Assembly (NCBI GenBank): GCA_964493715.1
Contig: CAZBPC010000031.1
Span: 1-32,672 of the forward strand
Length of the DNA stretch: 32,672 nt
From: an uncultured archaeon
Lineage (GTDB): Archaea > Asgardarchaeota > Lokiarchaeia > Sigyniarchaeales > SOKP01
Reading direction: 5' to 3'
Shown here: one piece after another, positions 9,783 through 19,290 of the stretch
Numbering within the stretch: position 1 is the stretch's first letter
Layout of the letters: each line of letters starts with the position of its first letter
Program-made: the position numbers and the translations under genes
The notes under the pieces: model-generated
What the model was told of the DNA's origin: nothing
Seen by the model: the letters and a program-made list of their open reading frames with translations, nothing else
Databases searched by the model: none

Positions 9783-11318
9783 TTAAAATTGTACCTCGTA
9801 ATTCTCATCTTTTGCATAATTGATTCCAAATTTAACCAATATCTTTAATATTTCGCTTAATCTCTCCATGAAGGAATCAAGATTTTTATTACGCTTCAAT
9901 GTCCAACCCGTTTCAGCTATTGCTATTAAACGAGGAAAGACTTGATATTCTAAAATTTCGGCATTATTAATATATTCAGTCCAAAGACAAGCCTCAATTC
10001 CAAGGATGTATCTGTAGTATTCTGGTGGTAAATCATCTGGAATAGGATCGTACTCATAAGATTGTTCAATAGGAGTTAATTTATAAGGATAATTTAAATA
10101 TGTAAACCTCATGTCGGACATTATTGTTTCTCTTCCTTTTTTTATGTGTTCTATTGCTGTAGAAAAATCACCCGCCCAAAATTGACATATAGCGCTTTCG
10201 CTGAGTTCGCTGTTGAGAATTTCATTCCATCCAATTAGCCTATGACCTTTTTCCTCGATGAATTTCGAAATTTTCGAGGTAAAATATGGTTGAAGTTGAT
10301 TTTCATTTTCGAAACCTTCTCTCTTCATTAAATTTTGGCAATCCACGCATTTCTTGTACCTTCTTACGGGAACTTCATCTCCACCCGTGTGGATGAGTTT
10401 TGTGGGAAATAAATCCATCACTTCCATTAACACCTTCTTGGAAAATTCAAATACATTCTCTTTACCAATACAAAACACATCTTTATGGACGCCAAAATTC
10501 TGGCTTACTTTAAATGGTCCACCACTACAACTTAATTCGGGAAAAGCAGCTAAAACTGCCTGCACATGTCCTGGAAAATCTATTTCGGGAATGATGTTTA
10601 TGAACCTATCACTAGCATATTGAATAATCTCTTTAATTTGTGCCTGAGTGTAAGATCCCGATATCGGAATTCTGTCAATTTTAGATGTATCTTTTTGTAA
10701 ATCGGACATTAATTTTCTTTTATCTGTACTTGTTCCCTCTCTTCGTGAACTGATTTCTTCTAATAAAGGATAATGCTTAATTTCAATTCTCCACCCCTGA
10801 TCGTCTGTTAGGTGCCAATGAAAGATGTTAAACTTAAAAAAAGCCATTATATCCAAGATTTTTTTTACTTCATCCATGCCAAAAAAATGACGTGCTTCAT
10901 CCAGCATAAAACCACGCCAAGAAAATCTCGGATAATCTTCAATCTCTAAACAAGGAATCTCAAGATTTTGTAAAATGATCTGTTTTAACGTTTGAATTCC
11001 ATAAAAAATTCCTCTTAGAGTTCTTGAAAGGATAATTACCCCCCTCTCAGTAATCTTTAGTACGTAAACTTCATTGTGAAGTGCAGAGAGATTCTGATCA
11101 ATTTGTAAGGTGATATTTTTTGCTTTTTTAGATTCTGGGGCTAATCGTTCAATTGTAGTTCTTAAATTACAATAAAAGGAGAGAAATTTCTCTAAGGTTT
11201 TAGCCAAATCTTCACAATGTTCATCATAAAAGATAAGGGTTTTATTATCTAATCGAAAGCATCCCCCCTTTAGTTGAATTAATACAGGTGCAGGAATAAT
11301 ATTTATATTTTGAGTCAT
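9783..11318 (-). CDS. Beta-N-acetylhexosaminidase, glycoside hydrolase family 20
   Basis: DYPRFSWRGFMLDEARHF, FHWHLTDDQGWRIEI, PEIDFPGH, catalytic HTGGDE, GIEACLWTE, FPRLIAIAE. No signal peptide seen. Confidence 0.95.
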   Translation of the reverse strand: MTQNINIIPAPVLIQLKGGCFRLDNKTLIFYDEHCEDLAKTLEKFLSFYCNLRTTIERLAPESKKAKNITLQIDQNLSALHNEVYVLKITERGVIILSRTLRGIFYGIQTLKQIILQNLEIPCLEIEDYPRFSWRGFMLDEARHFFGMDEVKKILDIMAFFKFNIFHWHLTDDQGWRIEIKHYPLLEEISSRREGTSTDKRKLMSDLQKDTSKIDRIPISGSYTQAQIKEIIQYASDRFINIIPEIDFPGHVQAVLAAFPELSCSGGPFKVSQNFGVHKDVFCIGKENVFEFSKKVLMEVMDLFPTKLIHTGGDEVPVRRYKKCVDCQNLMKREGFENENQLQPYFTSKISKFIEEKGHRLIGWNEILNSELSESAICQFWAGDFSTAIEHIKKGRETIMSDMRFTYLNYPYKLTPIEQSYEYDPIPDDLPPEYYRYILGIEACLWTEYINNAEILEYQVFPRLIAIAETGWTLKRNKNLDSFMERLSEILKILVKFGINYAKDENYEVQF

Positions 11319-11511
11319 TATAACCTTATACTAGTAATTTTCTAATTATATATTGTTAAAAATATCATGATTTTAATTTATTTTGATAAAAATGCTATCT
11401 TTCGTAATAGTTTTATATGGAGGTATCAATTAATCTAAAAGAAGATATTATAATTTTCATAAAATAATATGTAAGCTAAATAATACTATTAATTTAAGAC
11501 ATAGATTTAAA

Positions 11512-11967
11512 ATGACTGATATTGATGAAATTGACAGAGAAATCCTAAGAATTCTATGTCAAGATTGCACGAAAACTCATAACGCAATTGCGATCGATTT
11601 AGGTAAGTCTCCAGTAACTATTAAAAAACATGTGGAAGAACTAGAAGAGCGTAAAATCATTAAACAATATGGGGTTCAAATAGATTACGATAAGCTCGGA
11701 TATAATATCATCGCGGTAATTGAATTAACGGTGTCGAAAGGGAAAATGCTTGAAATTGAAAATAAGATTGCAAAGAATCCAAATGTTTTTGCGGTTTACG
11801 ATATTACAGGTACCTATGATGCTCTTATCTTAGCTCGCTTTAAAGATCGATCAGAACTTAGTGCCATGATCAAAGAAATTCATAAGTCTCCTGAAGTAGA
11901 AAGAACCAACACGCATCTAATATTAAATGTTATTAAGGAACAAATTACATCTAAAGAATTAATCTAA
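11512..11967 (+). CDS. Lrp/AsnC family transcriptional regulator
   Basis: IDEIDREILRIL...HTH...IDYDKLGY...VYDITGTYD. Confidence 0.95.
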   Translation: MTDIDEIDREILRILCQDCTKTHNAIAIDLGKSPVTIKKHVEELEERKIIKQYGVQIDYDKLGYNIIAVIELTVSKGKMLEIENKIAKNPNVFAVYDITGTYDALILARFKDRSELSAMIKEIHKSPEVERTNTHLILNVIKEQITSKELI

Positions 11968-12078
11968 GTTAAGAATCTTCATCGATTTTTTTTTCAGGAA
12001 ATTTGCGGGTTATCACTAAATTTGTCGGGACTCTTGATATATATGTTCTGAATTGTTGATTTATTTGGTGATGACAAA

Positions 12079-12267
12079 TTGAGTTCTGGAAAAATAAGAC
12101 GTATAGACCCTATTTTTAATGAAAAACTTAAATATTACCAACCTATTGAAGATACCATTTTTAGCCTTTCTGAAATTATTATCCCCTTTTCAGAATTTTA
12201 CGATAGACCAGTTCTTATTGAAAAAGACGCTAATTTTAAAGAGATATTGATGAGTGAGTTATTATAA
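12079..12267 (+). CDS. Small hypothetical protein or gene remnant (62 aa)
   Basis: TTG start preceded by GGTGAT SD at 12067-12072; no motif recognised. Confidence 0.4.
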   Translation: MSSGKIRRIDPIFNEKLKYYQPIEDTIFSLSEIIIPFSEFYDRPVLIEKDANFKEILMSELL

Positions 12268-12411
12268 ATTCTAAATTCTCTTTTTTATAACTTATTACAC
12301 TCCTGCATCCTTTTTATTACATAGGAATTTAAATGTTAATATTATACTTATATATTAGATATGTTCAGATAAGTGTGAGAATTTAGCGCAAAATAATCAA
12401 CATTTAAAATT

Positions 12412-12654
12412 ATGAAGAGTGAAATAAGCAAACAATTTCGAAAGATTTCAAGGGATTTTAAGGGAAAGGTTGCCTTGATGGAAAAAACTCCATTAGAAGA
12501 TCTTGAAAAAATGGTTTCTGAATATTATGATGAGGGTATAACAACATTTATAAGAATTGAAAAAAATAAGAATCCCGACATGACTGAAAAGGAAATTCTT
12601 ATAGAGATGTATAAATTAAGTGAAAAATTAAAAGGAAAGAAGCATATAAAATGA
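12412..12654 (+). CDS. Small charged helical protein, putative antitoxin/partner of the downstream nucleotidyltransferase
   Basis: 80 aa; ATGA stop/start overlap with 12651..13280. Confidence 0.65.
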   Translation: MKSEISKQFRKISRDFKGKVALMEKTPLEDLEKMVSEYYDEGITTFIRIEKNKNPDMTEKEILIEMYKLSEKLKGKKHIK

Positions 12655-13280
12655 AGGATATATTGCCAAAGGCATTTAAGCAATTGGTAAGGGCTCTTGA
12701 GAATATAGAGCAAAATTATGGGATTAAATATTATTTAGTTGGGGGTATATTGGCTAATGTCTATACGGTATTTCGCTTGACTCAGGATGTTGATTTTGTT
12801 GTAGATACAGAATCTAAAGGATTAAGTATCCATGACTACATTTCGATTTTAAAAAAATATAATTTTATTCCTCTGCAAGATTGGCGACACGCTGAAATCT
12901 TAGCCGAAGAAACTGGAGTTCTCCAATATTTTGATGAACAAGACAGAGTTAAATTCGATAATTACATACTTGATCGTTCAAGTAGAAGTAATTATAAAAA
13001 AATAGGTTCAATTGGATTAAAAAGAAGAATAAGAGAAAAAATATTTGGGGTTGAATGTTGGGTAATATCGAAAGAAGATTTTATACTAAGTAAATTAACA
13101 TTTGGTGGGTGGCAAGATTATTCAGATGCCTTAGGATGTTGGATGAGATTCAAGGATAAGTTAGACATTTCTTATTTGAGTTTAAAATCTCAGGAATTAA
13201 AGATTGAAGAAGAATTTCGACTGCTCAAGTCTGGAATTGAAGATCCTGATGAATTTTTTAAAAAATTAAATAGTTATTAA
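12651..13280 (+). CDS. Pol-beta superfamily nucleotidyltransferase (AbiEii/DUF1814/DUF6036-like)
   Basis: YYLVGGILA...RLTQDVDFVV (GG...RxTxDxD) and ISKEDFILSKL...QDYSD motifs. Confidence 0.8.
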   Translation: MKDILPKAFKQLVRALENIEQNYGIKYYLVGGILANVYTVFRLTQDVDFVVDTESKGLSIHDYISILKKYNFIPLQDWRHAEILAEETGVLQYFDEQDRVKFDNYILDRSSRSNYKKIGSIGLKRRIREKIFGVECWVISKEDFILSKLTFGGWQDYSDALGCWMRFKDKLDISYLSLKSQELKIEEEFRLLKSGIEDPDEFFKKLNSY

Positions 13281-13502
13281 TTTGAAGGTTTAAGAAGTAA
13301 GAAACACCGATTTCTCTCAGATTTTACATCTTTTTTATAAAATCAAAAACCAAATATTAAGTGTAGCTAAATACTGAATATTTTTTAGCCAAAACATAAT
13401 GTTTAAATAGGAGTTTCGTATTGAATTGAATTTTTTTTAGAAATATTCACAATTTTACATTTTATTTTAATATAAAAGATTTTTTTTGAAAAACTCGATT
13501 AC

Positions 13503-13606
13503 TATTCGTCTAAATAATGGACGAATACATATTTCTAGTAATAATATTTATAAAGGTATTTGAGTATTATTAATTAAAGGTTATGGAAAATGGGAAAGTT
13601 TTCCCA
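13503..13606. promoter_or_regulatory. Promoter region with two inverted repeats and a TATA-like box upstream of the small wHTH gene
   Basis: TATTCGTC-N9-GACGAATA (13503-13527), TTTTATAAA (about 13546-13554), TGGGAAA-GT-TTTCCCA (13591-13606). Confidence 0.5.
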
Positions 13607-13635
13607 CAACATTTTAACTAAGATGGTGTTATAAA

Positions 13636-13890
13636 ATGTCAGCAAAAGTCGTGAATGTAGAAACACAGGTAGCTATTATGTCGGCGGAACCCGTGTTCCG
13701 CACCTATGAGCAAATCTGCTTGGATAAGCTCAAAGAAATTGGTAGATCCACCGCTGCCGAATGGGCGAATGCGATGGGATACACGAATCCGAATTCTCTC
13801 AGAAAGGTAATCCGCCGAATTTTAACACATACACCAGAAAAGATGGAGATCCATGGAAAGAAGATCCCCCGTTTCTATGAAGCAGTATAG
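13636..13890 (+). CDS. Small putative winged-helix DNA-binding protein
   Basis: EQICLDKLKEIGRSTAAEWANAMGYTNPNSLRKVIRRI gives a three-helix pattern followed by a wing-like beta hairpin. GGTG SD upstream. Confidence 0.7.
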   Translation: MSAKVVNVETQVAIMSAEPVFRTYEQICLDKLKEIGRSTAAEWANAMGYTNPNSLRKVIRRILTHTPEKMEIHGKKIPRFYEAV

Positions 13891-14015
13891 GATCCATGGA
13901 AGTAAAACCATATTTAATAAATTTTCAATTTTTTTTCCATCAAACAAGATATTGTAGTTTATTAATAATTGAGTAGTCTCCTCCCGCTAAAATTCTGACG
14001 ACCCAAGTAATAAAA

Positions 14016-14090
14016 GTGCCAATAGCCCTTGCCAGTATTCAAGGCTTCCGCTTGGGAAATTCCTTAATACAAGTGGCAAGGGCTTGGCAT
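14016..14090. other. Long GC-rich intergenic hairpin (candidate ncRNA, terminator or REP/MITE-like element)
   Basis: GTGCCAA/TTGGCAT, GCCCTTGCCA/TGGCAAGGGC, GTATT/AATAC, AAGG/CCTT and TTCC/GGAA stack into one bulged stem. Confidence 0.7.
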
Positions 14091-14149
14091 AATCAAAATT
14101 GTATCTACTCTTCTAAAATTAAGATAAAATAAATTATAAAGATTTGGAG

Positions 14150-15946
14150 TTAGATCAAATTTTCTAACTGGTTGACAAATTCTTCGTATTGTTTGATTCC
14201 TAACTCCCAAAATTCAGGTGTAGTAATATCAAATCCTACAAGCTTTCCGAGGTCTTCAAGTGATTGACTTCCTCCCAAGCTTAGTAGTTTAATGAATTTA
14301 GGAATAAATGCGTTTCCTTCTGTTTTGTAAACGCGATACAAAGCATAAACAAATAATTGAGCAAATACATATGGATAGTTATAGTATCGGAAGTTTGGGA
14401 TGTAATAATGACCTTTCATGGCCCATTCCCAAATCATTTCGTCAAACCATTCAACATTGTCCCCATATATCTTGTCTCTACCAGCACACCATAATTTAGA
14501 TACTATTTCACCGTCTAAGTTTTGTCCTTTTTCTATGGCTTCATACATGCTTGTTTCAAACCAAAATCGGGCGCTAACTTGGAAAGCGGCTTGACCCGCA
14601 TCATCCAATACATGAGCAAGAATTGCCATTTTTTCTTGTGGGGATTCAGCTTTCTTCAATAAAAGATCCGTTAGTAATAATTCTCCAAACGTAGAAGCAC
14701 ATTCAGCTCCGGGGTACCCGGGGTGAACGTTCAAAAACGTTTGCTCTCTTGAAACCAAATACGCATGAACTGAATGTCCTAATTCATGGATAAGCGTGTA
14801 AATTTCTCCTAAATTACCTGTAAATGTTTGTAATATGAAAGCTGATTTTCCTTTATACCAAGAGGAGGAATAAGCGCCGCTTCTCTTGCCCATCCGTGGA
14901 CTGGCATCAATGTGATTCCTAATGAACATGTCTTCAGCATACTTTTCAAATATACCATCAAAATTATTAAAGGCCTCAATCACTAATGAATGAGCTTCAT
15001 TCCACGTATATTTTTTATGTGGTATTTCAAGTAAGGGTGCCATAATATCTGCACAAGATAATTTAGGCAGCTTTAAGAGCTTTGCTTTAATATTTAAATA
15101 TCTACGATACACATCAACGCTATTTTCTATTGTTCTCATTAAATTTCTGATAGTATTTTCATTAACATCATTTACAATTAAACTAGAATGCAAAGGATCA
15201 GTAAATTTTCTGCGTTTGGATGTTTTCATCCAATCAGCACATATATTTCGTATTGCTGCAGTAAAAATTTCTTGTTGTTTACCTAAAAGACCATATATCG
15301 CCTTGTTAGCAGAAATTCTCGTACTCCTGTCTGGATGAGAAAACAAGCTATTTGCTTCCCCATAGGATAGGATTTTTTCTTTTCCCTCAACCATTACCTC
15401 ATATTCCTGAGTATTCAACCAAACTCCTTGTAACCTGCTCCATTCTTTTATACCATATTGATCTTTCTCTACAATGAGCTGTTCTTCCACTTCTGATAAT
15501 TGATGAGGAAAATCTAACAATAATTTTTCGCAGTAATGCTTATAATTTTCAAGAACTGGATCAGATATAACTTGCTTATTTTCCGCTAAATATGTAGCAA
15601 TTTCTAAATCTAAAAACGCTAGTTTTGTCTTGATTTTTGTATTGAAGTCTTCAAATTTATTAATTAAAGCTTTATTTTCAGGAAGGGTCATGAGGGCATT
15701 ATATGTATTCTGACAAAAAACCTCAATTTCTCCGTGATTAACATAAAAATCTTCGATTTCCAACAATAGATTAACTAAATCTTGAGGAGTAAATTGCGGT
15801 GATTTGATATTTCCTTTAATTTTTGATTCAAATTCTTCAGCTCGCCTAAGAAGATTTTCCATATCTCTGGTAATATTTGGGTCGTAGTGCTTCTTATAAA
15901 TCTCAGAAAAATCCCACGCGATTTCTTTTTCTGTCATTTTTCTCAA
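14150..15946 (-). CDS. pepF: Oligoendopeptidase F (peptidase family M3B)
   Basis: N-terminal WD(F/L)S, HIDASPRMGKRSGAYS, TLIHELGHSVH (HExxH), AECASTFGE, YYNYPYVF. Confidence 0.93.
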   Translation of the reverse strand: MRKMTEKEIAWDFSEIYKKHYDPNITRDMENLLRRAEEFESKIKGNIKSPQFTPQDLVNLLLEIEDFYVNHGEIEVFCQNTYNALMTLPENKALINKFEDFNTKIKTKLAFLDLEIATYLAENKQVISDPVLENYKHYCEKLLLDFPHQLSEVEEQLIVEKDQYGIKEWSRLQGVWLNTQEYEVMVEGKEKILSYGEANSLFSHPDRSTRISANKAIYGLLGKQQEIFTAAIRNICADWMKTSKRRKFTDPLHSSLIVNDVNENTIRNLMRTIENSVDVYRRYLNIKAKLLKLPKLSCADIMAPLLEIPHKKYTWNEAHSLVIEAFNNFDGIFEKYAEDMFIRNHIDASPRMGKRSGAYSSSWYKGKSAFILQTFTGNLGEIYTLIHELGHSVHAYLVSREQTFLNVHPGYPGAECASTFGELLLTDLLLKKAESPQEKMAILAHVLDDAGQAAFQVSARFWFETSMYEAIEKGQNLDGEIVSKLWCAGRDKIYGDNVEWFDEMIWEWAMKGHYYIPNFRYYNYPYVFAQLFVYALYRVYKTEGNAFIPKFIKLLSLGGSQSLEDLGKLVGFDITTPEFWELGIKQYEEFVNQLENLI

Positions 15947-16044
15947 TTTAAGTTGGAATATGAATACTAAAAACTAATTCTTAGAAAAATTAAAATTTAT
16001 TCATATTTTTGTAGCAATTGGGTTTTTATTAATAAAATAATGAG

Positions 16045-17604
16045 TTATTCATATTCGATTGTGCTTGGTGGTTTATTAGAAATATCATAAACTACTCGAT
16101 TAAATCCATTGACTTCATTAATGATACGAGTTCCGATTTTTTCAAGCAAATCCCATTCTAATTTAGCAAATTGAGCCGTCATGACATCTTTTGACTCCAC
16201 TGCCCGAATAGAGCAGATAAATTCATATGTGCGGAAATCTCCCATAACACCTACGGTCTTAATTGGTAATAATACACAAAATACTTGCCATAAATCATTG
16301 TAAATACCTGCATTTCTAATCTCTTCTATAAGAATGGTATCTGCTTCTCTTAAAATGTCCAATTTATTTTTATCTATAGCACCTAAGCATCTTACTGCTA
16401 AGCCAGGACCCGGAAAAGGATGCCGATCGATTAGTTCTGATTCTATTCCTAGCTGTTTACCAATTTTTCGTACTTCATCCTTATATAGATCCTTTAAAGG
16501 CTCAATGATCTTCAATTTCATATCTTCTGGCAATGTAAGATTATGATGAGATTTAATTTTTGAGGCATTTTTGCTCGTAGCAGCAGTTTCTACACGATCT
16601 GGATAAATTGTACCTTGTGCAAGATATCTTATTGAAGGATGTTCAGTTTCTAACTCAATGGTTTTTTTTTCAAATACTTCTATAAATGCATGTCCGATTA
16701 TTTTTCTCTTTTCTTCTGGATCATCAACACCCTTGAGTCGTTCTAGAAATAAAGTTTCAGCATCGATATAATGAAAATTCTCAAAATTCAATTTTTCCTT
16801 GAATTGCATCTGGACTTCGAATTCTTCATTTTTTCTAAGCAGACCATTATTAACAAATATACAATGCAATCTATCCCCAATGGCTTTATGAAGCAAAACC
16901 GCACATACAGATGAATCGACTCCTCCACTCAAACCAAGAATAACATTATCTTTTGGACCAATTTCTTTCTTAATCGATTCAATCTTGGTTTCTATCCAAT
17001 TTTCTAATTTCCATTCTTTTTTTGCCCCAGCAATGTTAAAAATGAAATTTTTGAGTATTTGAGTGCCTTTTGCAGTATGAATGACTTCGGGATGAAATTG
17101 AACACCATAGATTTTAAACTTTTCATTCCCAAATGCTGCAATAGGACATGTAATAGTTTTAGCTAATGGTTTAAATCCATCAGGCATCCGAGCAATTTGA
17201 TCACCGTGAGACATCCAAACAATTTCTTTTTTATCAAGGGCGGAAAATAATGAATTGAAGTCTAGAATTTCTAATTCTGTTTTTCCATACTCTTTTTTCT
17301 CATTTGGTTCAATTTTTCCTCCTAATTGATGAATTATCAAATGTAAACCATAACATATGCCCAAAACGGGAACTTTTTCAGTTTTAACGTATTTATAGAA
17401 TCCATCTTCAAGCTTGGGACTATTTTTTTCATAAACACTACTAGGACCTCCTGATAGGATGATCGCTTTAGGAGATAAAATCATTAACTCAGATATTGAT
17501 ATGTTGTGAGGAATAATTTCTGAATACACTCCTAAGTCTCGTACACGTCTCGCAATGAGGTGAGAATATTGAGAGCCCATATCAATAATGTAAATTTTAT
17601 CCAT
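16045..17604 (-). CDS. guaA: GMP synthase (glutamine-hydrolysing), fused GATase + ATPPase
   Basis: DMGSQYSHLIARRVR, GICYG, QFHPE, LSGGVDS, IKSHHN, RHPFPGPGLA, KPPSTIEYE. Confidence 0.97.
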   Translation of the reverse strand: MDKIYIIDMGSQYSHLIARRVRDLGVYSEIIPHNISISELMILSPKAIILSGGPSSVYEKNSPKLEDGFYKYVKTEKVPVLGICYGLHLIIHQLGGKIEPNEKKEYGKTELEILDFNSLFSALDKKEIVWMSHGDQIARMPDGFKPLAKTITCPIAAFGNEKFKIYGVQFHPEVIHTAKGTQILKNFIFNIAGAKKEWKLENWIETKIESIKKEIGPKDNVILGLSGGVDSSVCAVLLHKAIGDRLHCIFVNNGLLRKNEEFEVQMQFKEKLNFENFHYIDAETLFLERLKGVDDPEEKRKIIGHAFIEVFEKKTIELETEHPSIRYLAQGTIYPDRVETAATSKNASKIKSHHNLTLPEDMKLKIIEPLKDLYKDEVRKIGKQLGIESELIDRHPFPGPGLAVRCLGAIDKNKLDILREADTILIEEIRNAGIYNDLWQVFCVLLPIKTVGVMGDFRTYEFICSIRAVESKDVMTAQFAKLEWDLLEKIGTRIINEVNGFNRVVYDISNKPPSTIEYE

Positions 17605-17795
17605 AGAATTTTAACTAAAATAGTGATTTAATTATTGTTATTTTAAGTTTTAACTTTAATTAACATTTCTCACATAGAATATATATTCCTACTGAATATC
17701 ATTTAAGCTAGATTAGTATTTTTAATGAAAAATAAAAAGAAGAGATATAGAAGATTTAATAATGGAATTTAATAATTTGATGATCTTTTCTGGTT

Positions 17796-19046
17796 TTACA
17801 GCCACCCTCTTAGTTTCATGGCATTAACAACTCGATCAACGGCAATGCTATATGCTCCCATCCTATTATTGGTGTTGTAATGTTTGGCGTGTTCAACAGT
17901 GGACTTGTATGCATTTGTCATTACTCTATCAAGAGCAGCAAACACTTCCTTCTCCGTCCAGAAGTAAAGATAATAACCCTGCACCATCTCAAAGTATGAG
18001 ACAGTCACGCCTCCCGCATTGCAGAGAAAGTCTGGAATCACGAGGATATCATTTTGGAAAAGAATCTCATCTGCCGTAGGTGTTGTCGGACCATTTGCAA
18101 GTTCGGCTACGATTTTTGCCTTAATATTTTTAGCATTTTTTTGAGTAATTTGATTTTCTAGGGCTGCTGGGATAAGAATATCGCACTCTAATTCAATAAT
18201 TTCTTCATTTGATATCTCTTGGGTTCCACTTAAACCCACGACCGTCTTTGATTTTTCTTTTTGTTCAGCTGCTTTATGAGGATCAATACCATCTTTGTTA
18301 TAAATGCCTCCTTTAGAATCAGAAACTCCAATAATCTTACATCCAAACGTATCATATAAAATACTTGCAGCCCAATAACCAGCATTACCATATCCTTGTA
18401 TTACTACTTTTGCATCTTTCAAGTTTATTCCAATATCATTTGCAGCTTCTCTTATACAATACACCCCTCCTTGAGCTGTGGCAGTGGATCTACCTGCACT
18501 TCCACCAATTGCCAATGGTTTACCCGTTATAATGGATGGAGCATGTTTTCTAACAATATTTTCATATTCATCCATCATATAGGCCATTATTTGTGGAGTA
18601 GTATATACATCCGGTGCAGGAACATCGACCAGAGGACCAAGAACGTCAGCGATTCTCCTTATGTAAGCTCGTGCAAGCCTTTCAATTTCTCCATTACTCA
18701 TTTCCTTGGGATTACATATAATCCCTCCTTTAGCTCCCCCTAATGGGATATCCACGACAGCGGTCTTCCAAGTCATCCAAGCACTTAACGCTTTTACAAG
18801 TGAAGCACTTTCTTCTGGATGCCATCGTATTCCCCCCTTCATTGGGCCTCTAGCAGAATTATATTGAGATCGAAACCCTCTAAACGTAGTTATTGTGCCA
18901 TCATCCATTTTCATGGGAATACTTATTTCTACAAATCTTTGCGGTTGACTCAATGCGTTATATGTATTTTTGTCTAATCCGAGTAATTTACAAGCATCCC
19001 AAAGCTGAGTTTGTGAAATTTGAAACGGATCGAGATTTTCACTCAT
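17796..19046 (-). CDS. gdhA: Glutamate dehydrogenase (Glu/Leu/Phe/Val family), copy 1
   Basis: [44 protein letters not shown]. Confidence 0.95.
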   Translation of the reverse strand: MSENLDPFQISQTQLWDACKLLGLDKNTYNALSQPQRFVEISIPMKMDDGTITTFRGFRSQYNSARGPMKGGIRWHPEESASLVKALSAWMTWKTAVVDIPLGGAKGGIICNPKEMSNGEIERLARAYIRRIADVLGPLVDVPAPDVYTTPQIMAYMMDEYENIVRKHAPSIITGKPLAIGGSAGRSTATAQGGVYCIREAANDIGINLKDAKVVIQGYGNAGYWAASILYDTFGCKIIGVSDSKGGIYNKDGIDPHKAAEQKEKSKTVVGLSGTQEISNEEIIELECDILIPAALENQITQKNAKNIKAKIVAELANGPTTPTADEILFQNDILVIPDFLCNAGGVTVSYFEMVQGYYLYFWTEKEVFAALDRVMTNAYKSTVEHAKHYNTNNRMGAYSIAVDRVVNAMKLRGWL

Positions 19047-19290
19047 TTTTCTTTCAACTAAGTTAGTTATTTAATAATTTTCTACAATATGATATTAAAC
19101 AAATTTTAGAATTTAAGAATTTCCTTAAAGAACGTTTAAATAATGGGAATATAATGGGGTTATAACTGAAAACAATTAAAACAAAATTTCAGAATAACAT
19201 TGGTTAGGGTCTATGATAAAGATAGTAAAAAAATTTAATTTACAAAAAATAGAATAACTTATTATCATTAAAGAAAAATGATATAAAAAA

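Noticed and set aside
13971-14110. Retron msr-msd (short terminal inverted repeat plus long hairpin)
   Set aside because: No reverse transcriptase in the window and the terminal repeat is only 6 bp
13971-14110. tRNA or CRISPR repeat
   Set aside because: No cloverleaf or TTCGA T-loop, and no repeated unit-spacer pattern
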